Source of the DNA: Camelus dromedarius
Taxonomy: Eukaryota
Direction: 5' to 3'
Assembly (NCBI RefSeq): GCF_036321535.1
Contig: NC_087447.1
Span: 52,144,001-52,208,000 of the forward strand
DNA length: 64,000 nt
The notes beneath the pieces were generated by a model. That model did no database searches, was not told the DNA's origin, and worked only from the letters and a program-made list of their open reading frames with translations. Below are positions 27,650-40,230 of this stretch, piece by piece. The position numbers were made by a program, and so were the translations under genes. Positions within the stretch are counted from its first letter, which is position 1, and the number at the start of each line of letters is the position of its first letter.

Positions 27650-28760
27650 ACTTTTGTGTTTTATGGTCACAAGAATCTTCTCCCAGGCTGTCATCTATTA
27701 GCTTTGTCCTTTATTGAACAGACCCCTCTCATTTTTATGAAGCCTAATCATTTTTCTACTCTAATGTTTGTGCATTTTTAGGTTTTAGGAAATGCTTCTC
27801 TGAGATCATAAAGATATTCTGTAATTTTCTTCTATTAACTTTAAAGTATTATCTTTCAAATTTAGATTTTTACTTATTTTGTATATAGTGTGAATTTAAT
27901 TTTGTTGTTTTCCACAGATTGAGCCAATTTCTCTCAATACCAATTTCCAAAACACCTAGCCACCCTCCACTGATATGTGATGCTACCTCTATTATATACC
28001 AGGTTCGTAATGTACACATGGTATGTGACAGAAGCCTGTAGTTATCCATGGAAATCCATCCTAAACCCTGTCCTTCTTCTGTAGTTACAGAGTCCATGAT
28101 TTTTAGTTTTTCCATACATGACCGTCTGGGACTACAACCCCCAGCTTCGTGTGCAGCTGCACTTGGCAGGGGGCTAAATTCTGTCTAGTGGCATGGAAGT
28201 GGAAGTGGTGTAGGCAGCTGCTGGGAGGTGTCCTTAGAGTGGAAGGGCTTTTCCTCCCTTTTGCAGGCTAGAAAGTAGATGTGAAGGCTGGAGCTGAAGC
28301 AGTCACTTTGGGCCAATGACCCTGGGGATGAAGTCCTGAGTAGAGCAACCTTGCAGAGGTCTAAATCAGCCCTAGATCACCTACTTCCAGCCTCTCAGGG
28401 AAGTGAGAAACAAACTTTTAACTTGTTTGCAGTTCTGCTATTTTGCCTTTTCTGACAATCCTGGCCAGCCCTAGTCCTAACTACTACTCACAGGTCAGTT
28501 TCTGGACTCCCTGTTCTACCCCATGGAATCTCTTTATCTGTTTCTGTGGCAGCCCACAGTTTTAGGTATTATGGTTCGTCTAAGATAGCTTACCATCTGG
28601 CAAGTGCCTTTTTGTTGTTGTTGTTCTTACTTTAAACACTGCCTTAGCTATTTACAAATCTTTATTCTCTCATACATTTTAGAATTAGTTTGTCAATTCC
28701 TTGCCCCGCAAACAAACCATGCAGTGGCTTTGATAGGCATTCACTGCAGCTACAGATTAG
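27650..28760. mobile_element. Old L1 fragment interrupted by an MLT1-like (MaLR) solo LTR at about 28040-28490
   Basis: T-rich L1-like flanks (attttcttctattaactttaaagt; attctctcatacattttagaattagtttgtcaattcc) surround MLT1-like motifs (gatgtgaaggctggagctgaagcagtcactttg; gtgagaaacaaacttttaacttgttt). Confidence 0.55.
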
Positions 28761-28789
28761 GCAGGAGCAATCTGATATTACGACCATTT

Positions 28790-29385
28790 TTACTCATCCC
28801 ATCCCAGAACACAGTCAGAGGGAGCTATCTAAAATTCTGATCTGATGTGTCACTCGCATGCTTTAAACCTTCCAGAGGCTTGACATTTGCCTCTGGATGG
28901 AGTTGAAAAGTCCTAATCTTCTTACCTGGAGCCCCAGCTGCTCAAGCCCCCAGCTCAGGCTTCTGTTATTCCCTTCATTTCACCCTCTGCTCAAACCACA
29001 CTGAACCCTCTCTCCAATTACTCTTCTTTCAGGCTTCAGTGCTTTGGCACATGCTGTGCCCTCTGCCAAGAATGTTCTCCCTACTTGATATACAGGGCTA
29101 ATCCTACAGACCCTTTGAGACTCAGTTCGGAGGTTCTCTCCAAAGAGACACCTTGCTGAAGCAAGACGCTGAGTCATGTGCTCCTCTTCCACGTCCTCAT
29201 GGTGTCCCCAGCTTCCCTCAGTGACAGCACTGTCCGTGGCACAGCATGGAAGTCACCTGGGAAGTGCTGGTCTCTGCCCAGAGTGTAAACCCTTGAGGGC
29301 TTTCATTTCTGCATCCCCAGTGCCTGGCAGTGACAAGCACAGAGCAGGTACCCAAGGAATATTTGTGATTAGTCTTTCTGACCAA
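28790..29385 (+). mobile_element. L2 fragment
   Basis: tctgatgtgtcactcgcatgctttaaaccttccag...ttggcacatgctgtgccctctgcc...tctgcatccccagtgcctggca. Confidence 0.6.
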
Positions 29386-29497
29386 CTGATCACACATGAG
29401 CCTGTGTAACTGGAAGTGTGTGTTTTCTGTCTGGCAGGGCACAAAGCATATGGGACATGGGCCACACCCGTCGCCTGGCTCCTGAAAGTCCACTCAC

Positions 29498-29641
29498 CAC
29501 TTTGGATGTTGAGGGCGTGATGTTTGTCCAAGCTCCATCCTCCCAGCTTAGAAGCATCGATTTCATAGCCCTGCAGCACTGCTGTTCTTTTTTCCCACAG
29601 GATCAGATCTGGGCAAGATTCATACTCGTAACCCACGGAAA
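29498..29641 (-). CDS. TENM4: Teneurin-4 coding exon (144 nt): (V)[47 protein letters not shown](G)
   Basis: Lies within ORF 29253..29654. Acceptor TTTTCTACAG|TT TCC, donor AGT G|GTGAGT. Phase 1-1. Confidence 0.96.
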
Positions 29642-32055
29642 CTGTAGAAAACAAAAGGCAGAAAATGCACGGGTAAGCAAAGCCTCTTCTTTGGCCTTAG
29701 ATCTGCAAGCAAGGCCCCCGCTTGTCTTCTGTAGAAAAGGAAGAAGGACCAGATTTCGAAGTGGGAACCAGATCTATGTGCAACACATACACAGAGAGGC
29801 CAAGTCTAACATCTTTTTTTTTTGAAGAGCTATCGTTTATTACTGGGAAATGTTAAACAAATGCTCTGAATACTTTGAGAAGGACCTGGGAGAATCAATT
29901 CCAGGGAAATAACTTTAGTACAGAAAATACTTCAGGCACTAAAGTCTTCACTGTAGCATTAGTAGTAATAGTGGAAAGTTGAAAGTAATCTAAAGGTCCA
30001 AAAGGGGTAAGAGGTTGAACAAACCAAATGTATCCACTCCAGGAATGCAGCTACTGGAAATTATGGTTATGAAGATCATGGGGTGACATGGTAAGTGCTT
30101 GTGGGGTAATGCTGAGTTGAAAAGACTGGTTATGTACAGTATTATTCTTAGTTAAAAAATATACATGAAAAAAGAAAATAAATGTTAATGTTATTAAGTA
30201 GTTATATTTATTTATAGGAATACGTATGACTTTATTTCTATTGTTTTGTTCATTTATCACATTTTTATTAATGAACATGATATAACTTTAATAAAGGAAA
30301 AACATCCATACATAGAAAAGGAGCTCAGTTAGGGTACTTTGAAAACTGGAAGTGGCTTTGTGGCCTCAAAACTTGAAAATCCCTGGTTTCACTTTTATTT
30401 CACAAATCTAGGCCTCCTCAGAGGGTCACTGAGATGCAGACTCACCATGGCAGGCACCCTGAGGCTGGGTTTGTGAAAAGCCCTATGACTGCTGTATGGA
30501 AGGGAACTGGCAGAGACGGGAATGCCATTTCTTCCAAGTATCTTTCTATGCAGACCATTTCCACGGGGTAATATTCTACAACATGCTCAAGATATGAATT
30601 AACAATTGGCAGCCCCTTAAAGTTTCCTTTAGGTGCCATAAAAGATTGCTGGCCATCTATGGCAGGAGGGAATGAGGCTGGCAGATGTCCCTGTGACCTC
30701 TTCCCTGTGACCTTGAGCCCTTCAAGCAGCCACTATGCCTCCTACTGGTCCCCTGTCATTTCAGGAAAGTAAACCTCAGTCCCTGTAAAGACACTTCCCA
30801 TTTTAACTGGCTCTGGGCACTAAGTGTGCTCATTTCATCTGAAGAGGTTGTAAGGCTTCACTGTTTTTGAAGAGACCATAGAAGAAGTTTGGTTCACAGA
30901 AGGGACCGTGAACAGTGAGGGATGGCATTTTTGCTCCCAATGTGTCCTTGTCAGGTAGGAGGGGGATGCAAAACTACAGGGGAGATCAGGCGTAAATCCA
31001 GCTCAGTTCCTTCCCTGTGCATCCTTGGGAAATCACTTCACCGCTCTGGGCCTCAGCTTCCTCATGCAGAATTTGAGGACAATTTCTGACTCACAGGGTG
31101 GCTGTGAGGATTAAACGAGATACCAATATGCAGGGAGCACACTGCCCAAAGCAAGTGCTCCGTGGACGGACATTCTCTTATTGCCTGTCTGCCTGCCTCC
31201 TTCCCTTCCTTTCATCCCCCTCTCCCTTCCTCCCTCCCTTTCTTCTTTCATTACTACTTCTCTGCTTTCTCTGTCTGCCTTTGCTGAATCTAGAAATGGA
31301 ATGAAACTGGAGTAAGGTTCAAGATGAGAAGGGATTTCCTGGGCTGTTACTCTAAGTGCTTGCAGGATTAGCTCTGCAGGGGTTAGGGCTGCTCACAGGC
31401 CAGCTCTGAACCCTTCCTGGGAGCCGGCTCTAATCCCGAAGCTGAGATGAGCGCAGTCAGGCCCTGGAAGCCCAAGGTCTGACGGGGCTGGGACTCCAGG
31501 TGAGGCTGCAGTCACCTTCTGCTTCACCTTGAAAAGAGACGGCAATCACATCAGCCAAGAGACTCTCTGATCGGCAAGGAGGTAAAGAGTCCAAAAAGGC
31601 TGTCTGATGAGGAAAGAACCTTAGCTCCTGCACCTCAATAAATCTGAAGAAACCCAGAAGCTCCAGACTCCCATCTTTTTATGTGTGAGTTCAGGCCTGA
31701 TGACCAGGGAGTGGGGCACGGGGGTGCGGCAGGGGCAGGGCCGTGTCCACGTGGCTCTACGTCTGTGGCACCAGCCTCCTCCAGCCCATCACATACCACC
31801 AAGTGCTCTTCAAAGGCCTTTTTGGTGTTGCAACCCCTTTTTATAATGGTCAAGTTTTCCACATGGAGGTCTTTGCATACATTCTTTTAGGTCATGGATA
31901 GTTACTGAAAGGTCTTGAGGGCCAACTAGACCTTAGGTATTTCTGAGAAGAGAAAGGGAGGAAGAAGAAACAAAGGAAGTGGGAAAAAAGCCCCGTCCCA
32001 CCCCTGCCTTATTGTCTCTGGGGGTGGCATTGAGTCCCGCGGCTGGGAGGCTTAC

Positions 32056-32323
32056 CGAAGGCTTCTGAGAGCCCAAACACCTTCTGGTTGTAGACATCTG
32101 TCTTGTCCCAGATGAAATAATAGGACAGGTCTGGGGCTGCAGCAAACCACTTCCTGAAGAGGCGGCCCTCAACCGCCACCATGAGGTGGACCTTCATGAG
32201 GTTGAAGGGGATGGTGGGGTGGGTGAGGCTGATCCTCAGGACAGATTTGTAGCCAGGGGTGCGGCTGCTCAGGTAGCTCAGCCTCATCTTGCAGCCGGAG
32301 ATGGCGATTTCCTCCTGCAAAGC
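32056..32323 (-). CDS. TENM4: Teneurin-4 coding exon (268 nt): [27 protein letters not shown]...[17 protein letters not shown](V)
   Basis: Overlaps ORF 32009..32320. Acceptor TGTCTCTAG|GCT TTG CAG, donor TTC G|GTAAGC. Confidence 0.96.
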
Positions 32324-34895
32324 CTAGAGACAGAGCACAGCAGGTGACGGGCATGGAATCAATCCCTGGTAGAGGGAAGGTGGCCACAGCCCCACGTACG
32401 CAGGTACTCTGCGTGTTCAAGAGGCAGAGGAGGAGGAGCAGGAACCAGGAGAGGAAGAAGAAAGAAGAGGGGGAAGCCGAGTGTGAAGAGGAGCAAGAGG
32501 TGGAGGGAGAGAAGGAAGAGAAGGGAGGAAGGAACTGGGAGAAAAATAAGACTCCGAAGGCCTGGATTCCGGGGCCAGCTCTCACGTGGTGCTTCCCTGC
32601 CTCCTTGAGCCTCAGGCTCCCCCTCCTTTCAGCAGGGATGATGATGCTCATTTCACTGCATTACTGAGAGGAACCCGGTAAGACAATGTGTGTAAAATAC
32701 TTGTCATAATGCCACCGCCCCTCCTGCACTAGCTGGCATCCCAGAAAACTCGTGGAACCTCTGATCTCAGTTTCCTCACTGGACTAGTGTGTGACGATAA
32801 AGTAAGGCCACTTATATAAAGTGCCCAGTGCATAGCGGGTACAGCGCAAACGTTAAGCAGCAGTGCTGCTGCTGGTGGCGGTGCGGGAAGCAGGGGGCAC
32901 TGTGAAGCAGGACCTTCCCCTCGGACTAGTGTGGGCGGCTGCCTCAGCAAGAAGGACTGCTTCTCCCTCACAACTTTCCTAAAGCACGATCTGTTTCAGG
33001 AAGGTAAACAGAGGCTACGAGACGTTGACCAAACCATGACGCAGGGTTTGGGAGCACAGGTGGCCGAGGACCTGCGGCTCACACCCCGGCTCACCCACAG
33101 AAAGAGGACAGATCAGGAGTCTGCGGGCTCCAATGCTGGGCTCCGGGAGTGGAGCGCTGGGGGAGGCAGCACTTTGTCTCCTGGTGCAACAGACTCAGCT
33201 TCAAGATGGCAAGTTTAAATTAATGCCAAGATGCCCAGGCACATGGCAACAAAGCGGAGAACTTTCATCAGCTTGATGCTCTGGGCTCTGTTTCAAGAAG
33301 GGGACATTAAATCAATTGAGGCTAACGTATCCATTAAAAGGACGACGATTATTCTACTCTCATGTTCACAGGGGAGCTGGGCCTTCACAAAGAAAGCCTT
33401 TTCCTCTCTGTCCATGTCATAGGTGGCTGTGAACTCCACTCCCGCCCCCCATTCTCCTGAACACACAAAATTTTAGGGATTGGGCCCGTATCAAAGCCAT
33501 TTTCATAAATCTCAGCTTATAAGTTCTAGGCAAAGCAGGGCTCGAGAGCCATCCTGACACTCTCACAGATACTTACTTTCCTTAACATACTCTTTAACAT
33601 GCACGCAACCCTGTATTTGCAAAGGCTAGCTAATGACAGGAATAGGAAGACCCGAGAGTTTGTTTCCATGTATTTCATGAATATGGTCATAAGCAAGGTT
33701 TGTGACCCAGTTGGGCTTGTAGACACCCAGACCAGGGAGCACTGTAGAGAGAGGGGGACCTTTAACCTCATTTGTTCCTAAGTCCCACTCCTGGGAAAAT
33801 GTGCTGGAGCTGAACCAGGGCCAAGTATCAAATTGTTCCTCTCTCCAGCAAGCTCTGTCTCCACTGACAACCGCCTCTGAAGAAAGGTCAGCCTGGCGGT
33901 TGAGACAGGAGACAAGTGCTGAATCTCTGAAAATGAGTGAGGTTTCAACCTGTGGGCTTTTGTGAGAATTCCAAAATGGTTGTTTCCTGCTTGTGGGCTG
34001 GCGACTGAAGCCACTCGGCAGGGCAGAGCGGAGAGATGGGCTTGCTCAGCCAGGCGTCAACTACACACAAACAGGACTGCCCGCCCCGCTCCACCAGCAC
34101 CGGCCATCATGAACCTGCACGTCATCACCAGAGCTCTCGTGAGGCCAGTGGGACGACAGGGGCTTCTCCCCGAGCTTCTGCGCCATCTCCCTTCCCCCCC
34201 AGGCTCCGTTTCTGCCATGAGAAATTCGGCCGGGAGGGCAGAAGAAATTCAACTCCACAAAGCTTTGTTCAGCAAAGCATCTGTCTTGATTTCTATCAGA
34301 TTAAAATGCATTTTTCCAAATTACTTCCTTTTAATGATAATTAAGTAAAGCACTCGCGTGTCCAGATTCGAGCCAAGGCACTCCTTAATTGGCCTGAAGG
34401 CAGTGTGTGTAAAATAATGTTAATAATAATAACAGCTAAAATTTATTGAGCACTTAGTAGGAGCCAGACATTGTGCCAAGCATCTCATATACATTTTCTC
34501 ATTTAATCCTTAGTATGATGCTAACATTTGGGACCTTCTGTCTTACTCGTCTTGGTAGAAACTGTCAACATCGCTATTTTTAACAGGAATAGGGAAAGAG
34601 GGGGAGCACTGGAGGCTGGGGAGAAGGGAAGTGGAAGGGACTTGGATGGCAGAGTGGAAAGGGAGTGGGAATGTATTACCTGCTGGAGTGTGCCAGGCAG
34701 TGTACAGTGCTCATGCGTTTTAAGTGTGTAAGGGGGTGGCCATCATAGCCCTACACCACGCCTGTGGGGTCTGGCAGCTGGATTCTGGATGATGGGCTGA
34801 TGGGCTCTCTCCTTCCCCGGTCACTGAGATCCTCCTCCACCCCAGCCAAACGAAATCAAAGCATGGAGAAACGCAGTTCAGAAAGCAGAGTATAC

Positions 34896-35157
34896 CTGGA
34901 TTTCCGGGACGATGGGGCCTTTCTCTGCACAGGAGCTGGCGAAGGACGTGAGTGGGGATGGAGACACCACGGGGTTGGGGCGGGCGAAGTTGCTCAGGTC
35001 ACAGCTGGGAATCTCATTCTCCTCATGCCGCATGATGATGGTTTCCATGACAAAGAAGCGATCCCAAGGGAGCCAGAGGGTGTGCTCCTGTGTGATGAAG
35101 GGGGCCCGCTCGAACCGCAGGATGATGGAGATGCCGCCATTCGTGACCAAGTCAAAG
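34896..35157 (-). CDS. TENM4: Teneurin-4 coding exon (262 nt): (S)[35 protein letters not shown]...[12 protein letters not shown]
   Basis: Lies within ORF 34878..35216. Acceptor CCCTCCCAAACAG|C TTT GAC, donor CAG|GTATAC. Length 1+261 nt keeps the frame. Confidence 0.96.
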
Positions 35158-38100
35158 CTGTTTGGGAGGGGAGGGTGAAAAGGAGAGGAGAGGGAGCGGC
35201 AGGAGGAGCAGGACACAGGAGATAAGGAGCAGCAGCAGGAGGAGGAGAAAGAGGGGGGGGCAAGGAGAAAAAATTACACCAAAGGATCTGAGTACTTGTC
35301 GAGGGAGACTCTAAATCCTGCAAGACTTGACTGCAGCCACAAAGAGGGACAGAGGTTCCAGAAAGCATTGTATTTTGAAAGTGATTCACCACAGAGAATT
35401 TGCCAAAGCCAAATTAGTAACCACTGCTATAGAGAGTCATTTGCCAGTTACAGGACAGCTGCTCAGCCTCTGCTATGGTGTTCCTGGTACTTAAGGCCTT
35501 TTAGAGCTGAAGCCCAGTGAAAGTTCAGCAGAATAAAGCAGAACAAACCTGCCCTGTGTTAGAACCCGAAGCCTAGTTCTGGCTCTGCCATGGGCTACTG
35601 TGTGATCCTGGGTAAGTCACTTAGCCTCTCTGACTCTTAATGTGCTCACCTGTAAAAGGCAAAGGTCTAAATGGGTTATTCTTAAGCATTAAGATTTTAT
35701 GACTCTACAGCAATTTCATCTCTGATTGTGACACTTAACACAGGCCTGTAGAGTTACAAATTAGTTAAGTAGTTTACTGACGGCACAATTAGGATCACTG
35801 TATCCTAGAAGTGAAAGGGGGACCAGGAGACTGAGTCTCAACCTCCTAGTTGAGATAAGCTCTCTGTGGCAGTATCCCTGAGAGCTGGTCACCCAGCCTT
35901 TGTTCATCACCCTCCGGGGATGGCCAGAAACTTGCTGGCAGCTCTGTTTTGGTTCTGGCAAATTAATTCCCATCACGTGCAGACAAACCTGACAGGGCAC
36001 CTGCCCATCCAAACCCCCATAGAGCACCAGATCTAAGCGTTCTGCACCTACGTGATCAGAGGCCAGATGAGCTCACATTATAGACGATGGGAAAGGAGGC
36101 CCAGGTGTAGGCCCAGGTACATCACTAGTACTGCGGGCTAGGTCTGCTTTTCCAAGAAAGTGTGTGGCTGCTACTTAAGGCTCCACGTTCAATGTGCAAG
36201 AAGATTAATTCAGACCAGAATTCAGTGTCCCTTCCCCCACCCCACCAAAATGGAAAGTTTAAAATCAAGTAACAGCTGAACAACTGGAAGGGAACTCAAT
36301 GGTCATCTGACCTGGCCCTCTCTCCAAATATGATGCTTAAGTCCCTTCTACAGAATCACTCTGATGGGGCCATTTGGTTCCTATTTGCACAATTCCAGTG
36401 ATGAGGAGCTTGCTATGCCCCCAGGAGGACTGTCCTATCTTTGGTTAGTTCTGACTGTTATGACTTTTTTCGGGGGAGGGTGGGTACTGAGCCCAGGTAC
36501 CTCTCTTTACAGCTCCTCAACCACTGGGCCTTGTTCCACCTGCTGGGGTGACTTCTAAACAGTCTTCCTCTGCCTTTGACAGTCCTTCATGACTTGGAAA
36601 CAGTGATCCTCTCTACCTGCCACCTCCTGGCTGTGATGTCTCTTGGGACAAATTCCTTTAGTTATTACTATTAAGATGCATTTTCAAGGCCTGTCTTCAT
36701 CTTGCTTCTGTGGATGGAGGGCTCCTGCTAAGTCCTTACTCACTCAGATTTCCCATTCCTCCCCTGGGTTCCCACTGCACCTCTAGCACTCCTCCTCATA
36801 GCCCACATCACACTGCCCTGGAATCACACGTTTACTCTCAGGCCCGGGGACGTGGATTCCTCTGTCTTTCAGAACCTAGCCCTGTGCCTGATGGTTACAG
36901 TTTACAGGATGAATGCATGAGTGATGCTGTCAATTTCTTCTGAATTAGCTGTACATGAAACACCCTAAGTTCCTTCTGACTTTGGCCGATACCTAAGTCA
37001 ACCTCACCTTTACCTGTGCAGTTGGTTTTAGAGACCCCATTGCAGGACCTCACCTTCATCCCTGATAAACACACCTTGTGGGGTTGGCCTCATTGTTCCA
37101 GCTTGCTCTCCCCGCCTCTAGAAGCTGCAAGGGTTGTGCACTGAACTGTCCTGTTCTAGTGCCACATCTTGCTCTTGGTAGATGGTGCCCTCAGATTTGG
37201 GTCCCCAAGCACCAAAGTCTGACTCTTCTGTCCTCTGTCCTTTTCCCTGCTCCTCACTCAGCCCCTTTGGGTAGAAGAAGTTGGGTACCATCATCCTTCA
37301 ACACATAATGACAGAGAAACACCAAGGAAGGTGTTTGTCTTGAACTAAGAGTCGAAAGTTTGGCTTTTCAGGAGAATATCCAGGGTTTGGGGAAAGTACC
37401 CAGAGAACAAGTTTCCTGTCACAGCACTGAACAGCATCTGGACTCGGACAAAACATATTTAAGCATCAAACAGAATTTTGGCCCGACTTACAAGCTCTCT
37501 TCACAGAAGCATGAGTGTGGGGAGGGAGTGAAGGCAAACATGAAAAGCACATTCTCAAGGCTGTGAGCAAGCTAGGGGCAGCTGGCCTTGCCAAGAGCTG
37601 GGTGTGACTGGCTCTTGCCAAAAGCCTGGCTTGCTCATCTGGAGGGGCACGGGTGTGCATCTGACCTCAAAGGGAAGGCCTGCTTCTCACGTGAAGCCCA
37701 AACAGCGAGGGCCACTCCAAGCACTGTTGCTGATGCCAGAGGTGAGTTATGTCCCCTGTCCAGGCCTCCCTCTCCTCACATGAAAGGAAGCTGATGATCA
37801 TCAACACTTGGCAGAGTTATTAATTGGGTGGATGAGGTCATGGGTGGGAAAAGCCCAGGGCTCCACTCCCTGGGCTTCGTGCTCTGCATAATCCCATCTT
37901 TCAATTCAACGAGCCTGAACTGAACTCTTGTCCGCTGCTCTTTTCAAAATTTTCCTCATGACTTCTATTTTCCATCTTTTTAATGATCTCTTCGGCTAAC
38001 TTCTCTGCCACCGTTTTCTGTTTATGAGCTCTTGTTAAGACTTGAGGTCTGGGATTTCAGTGTGTGGGCTGTGGGGTGGTGTGTGTGTGTGTGTATGTGT

Positions 38101-40110
38101 ATGTGTGTGAAGGGAGGTGGTTTGGACAAGGGCAAGTATCACGGTGCCCACCTGCAAAGTGAGGAATACAAAGATAAATTAGACATGGTCCCTGGACTTG
38201 CACACATTGTTATCTCCAGGCTATATCTCTAGCCTCACAGTTTCTCCTGGGGTATGAGAGGCAAGAAAGAAGGTGAGTTAGGTAGGGATGAGGAGGAGGA
38301 AAATGGGCAAGATGCTGCCCATCCACACATAACAGACAGGGATCTTCAGACACTCAGAGAATAAGGAATGACATTCTCATACATTATGCAATGTCTAAAA
38401 TGGGAAGAGAACTTAAGTCCCATAATACATTGCTAGGAACTGTTCTGAAACTCAAGCTCTAGAGTGTAGCAACGCTGGCTAATCTGGTGTGCTGTAGCTG
38501 CCTGGTGCAGGAAATACGGCTGGCACGAACCTCCTGGGACGCTGCTCTCACGGGGCAGCAGAGAGTGCGGGGGCAGCACAGCAGGAGAAACCAAAGCCCG
38601 GAGGTGCTGAGTGGGCTTATCCCAAGGGCCACCAAACTTACTTGGCTCTGGTGTGTTTTCTGGACCCACCCTAACCAAGCACAGCAGGCAAAGGATGGAC
38701 GATTCACCATCTCACATGAATGATGGACAAGTTTTATGGCCAAAAAAAAAAAAAAAAAAGCAGTCCTCATGGCTTCTTTTTGATGACTGTTGCACAGCAG
38801 GTAATAATGTTCAGAATATCTGTTGCCTAGGATGCTCACACCTGCTATTTCCATAAAGCAGGCAGCCCCGAGCTGGACGGTGGTAAAGACAGCACGAGGG
38901 AGATTGCTCCATGCTGTAGTGCCAGTCTGCACTGAGGTGCTTCCCGGGATTGGTGGCCTGGCCTGGGCAGATAATCCCTGGGGACTAGGCGCCAAGCTCT
39001 TCCAGCTGGGACCCTTCCCATTCACAGGGAGGGGGAGAGTGGGGAGAGGGCTCCCCGTGCCAAGCTTACCAATCCCATCTAAGAGGCACACGTGTCTACA
39101 AACAGATGAGCCTCTCCTTCATTATCACCTCGGCTGGGCCATGTTCACATCTGAGATTGGATTAAAGAGGTGCTAAAATCAATCAGGCTGGAGCACAATT
39201 TCCAACACAGAGTGAAAATCAACCTTATGGGCCCACACTTAGCCAGATGGACTGCCACCACCTGGCTTTATTAAAAATAGAGGACTTGTCACCACTGACA
39301 GCCTAAATATTCCACTTTCCTCCTTCCTCTCCCCTTCTCTCCAAAATAGTCTCATGGCTTACACTGTGATCATCACCTTCTTAGTTTGTAATTTTAATAA
39401 ACTGGTAATATTTTTTGTATACTTGCTATGTGCTAGACCTGGAGATATAGCAGTGGACCTGAGCAGGGGAGGGAACTAAGATTTATTAAACACTTACTAT
39501 GTGCATGGTGCTTCTCCGTCCATCATAGTGAATCCTTACCACATAGGTGTGAGACAGATAGTATTGGGACCATTTAACAGATGAAGCTAAGGCCTAGACA
39601 GGTGAGGACATTTGTCCAAGAACACACTGCCAGCAAACGGGGGCACTAGAGTGATTAAAGAAACCTCACTTCATTCAGGCTGATGAACTGAAGGTTCACA
39701 CAGGGATCTAAAGGTCAGAATTCTATCATTGCCGACTGGCTTCCGTAGACCTGGGTGGTTGCTGATGGAAACCAGGCAGCAGGAATCCTAAGACCTCTGG
39801 AGCTGTCTGGTCTGTAGAAAACGGTCTACGTGACAGTAGTTTATATCATTAAGCCATGAAACAGGACACCAGGGACAAGGTACCCCATGCTTACTCTGAG
39901 AAGAAACTGCTTAATTTAGAGCCGAGGGGACTTAGGCCAGAGTCAGTTACGAGGCCACACAGCTAGGGAGCTGCAGAGCTTGGCACTGGAATTCCAGTCC
40001 TCTGCCTCCAAGTCCCATCCTCTTTGCACATTGACATTCCAGCAGCAGTGATGGGGCCAGACCATGAAGGCAGGGCCTTCACTAACCCTGGTCCACAAGG
40101 GGCCTCTTAC

Positions 40111-40230
40111 CTGCCATCTTGCCTGCTGATCGTGTATCCAAAGAGAGGGTTATTGACGAAACTGATGTTCACACCAACCAGCGGGGTCCCATCTGATGTC
40201 ATCACTTGACCACGAATGACACATGCATGC
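40111..40230 (-). CDS. TENM4: Teneurin-4 coding exon (120 nt): (G)[39 protein letters not shown](S); not in the ORF track
   Basis: Translated by hand from the minus strand. Acceptor TTTTCTACCAACAG|G CAT GCA, donor GGC AG|GTAAGA. Phase 2-2, joining ...FDRG to SFDLVTNGG. Confidence 0.96.

Noticed and set aside
34764..35225. Antisense ORFs over TENM4 exons (also 61477..61863, 13081..13458, 7021..7248)
   Set aside because: They are shadow frames of GC-rich coding sequence with no independent support.
38459..39091. 210-aa ORF, plus other long intronic ORFs such as 11425..12021, 2029..2583 and 8664..9182
   Set aside because: No recognisable domains. They cross homopolymer runs or repeats, and several start at non-ATG codons. 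Such ORFs are expected by chance.
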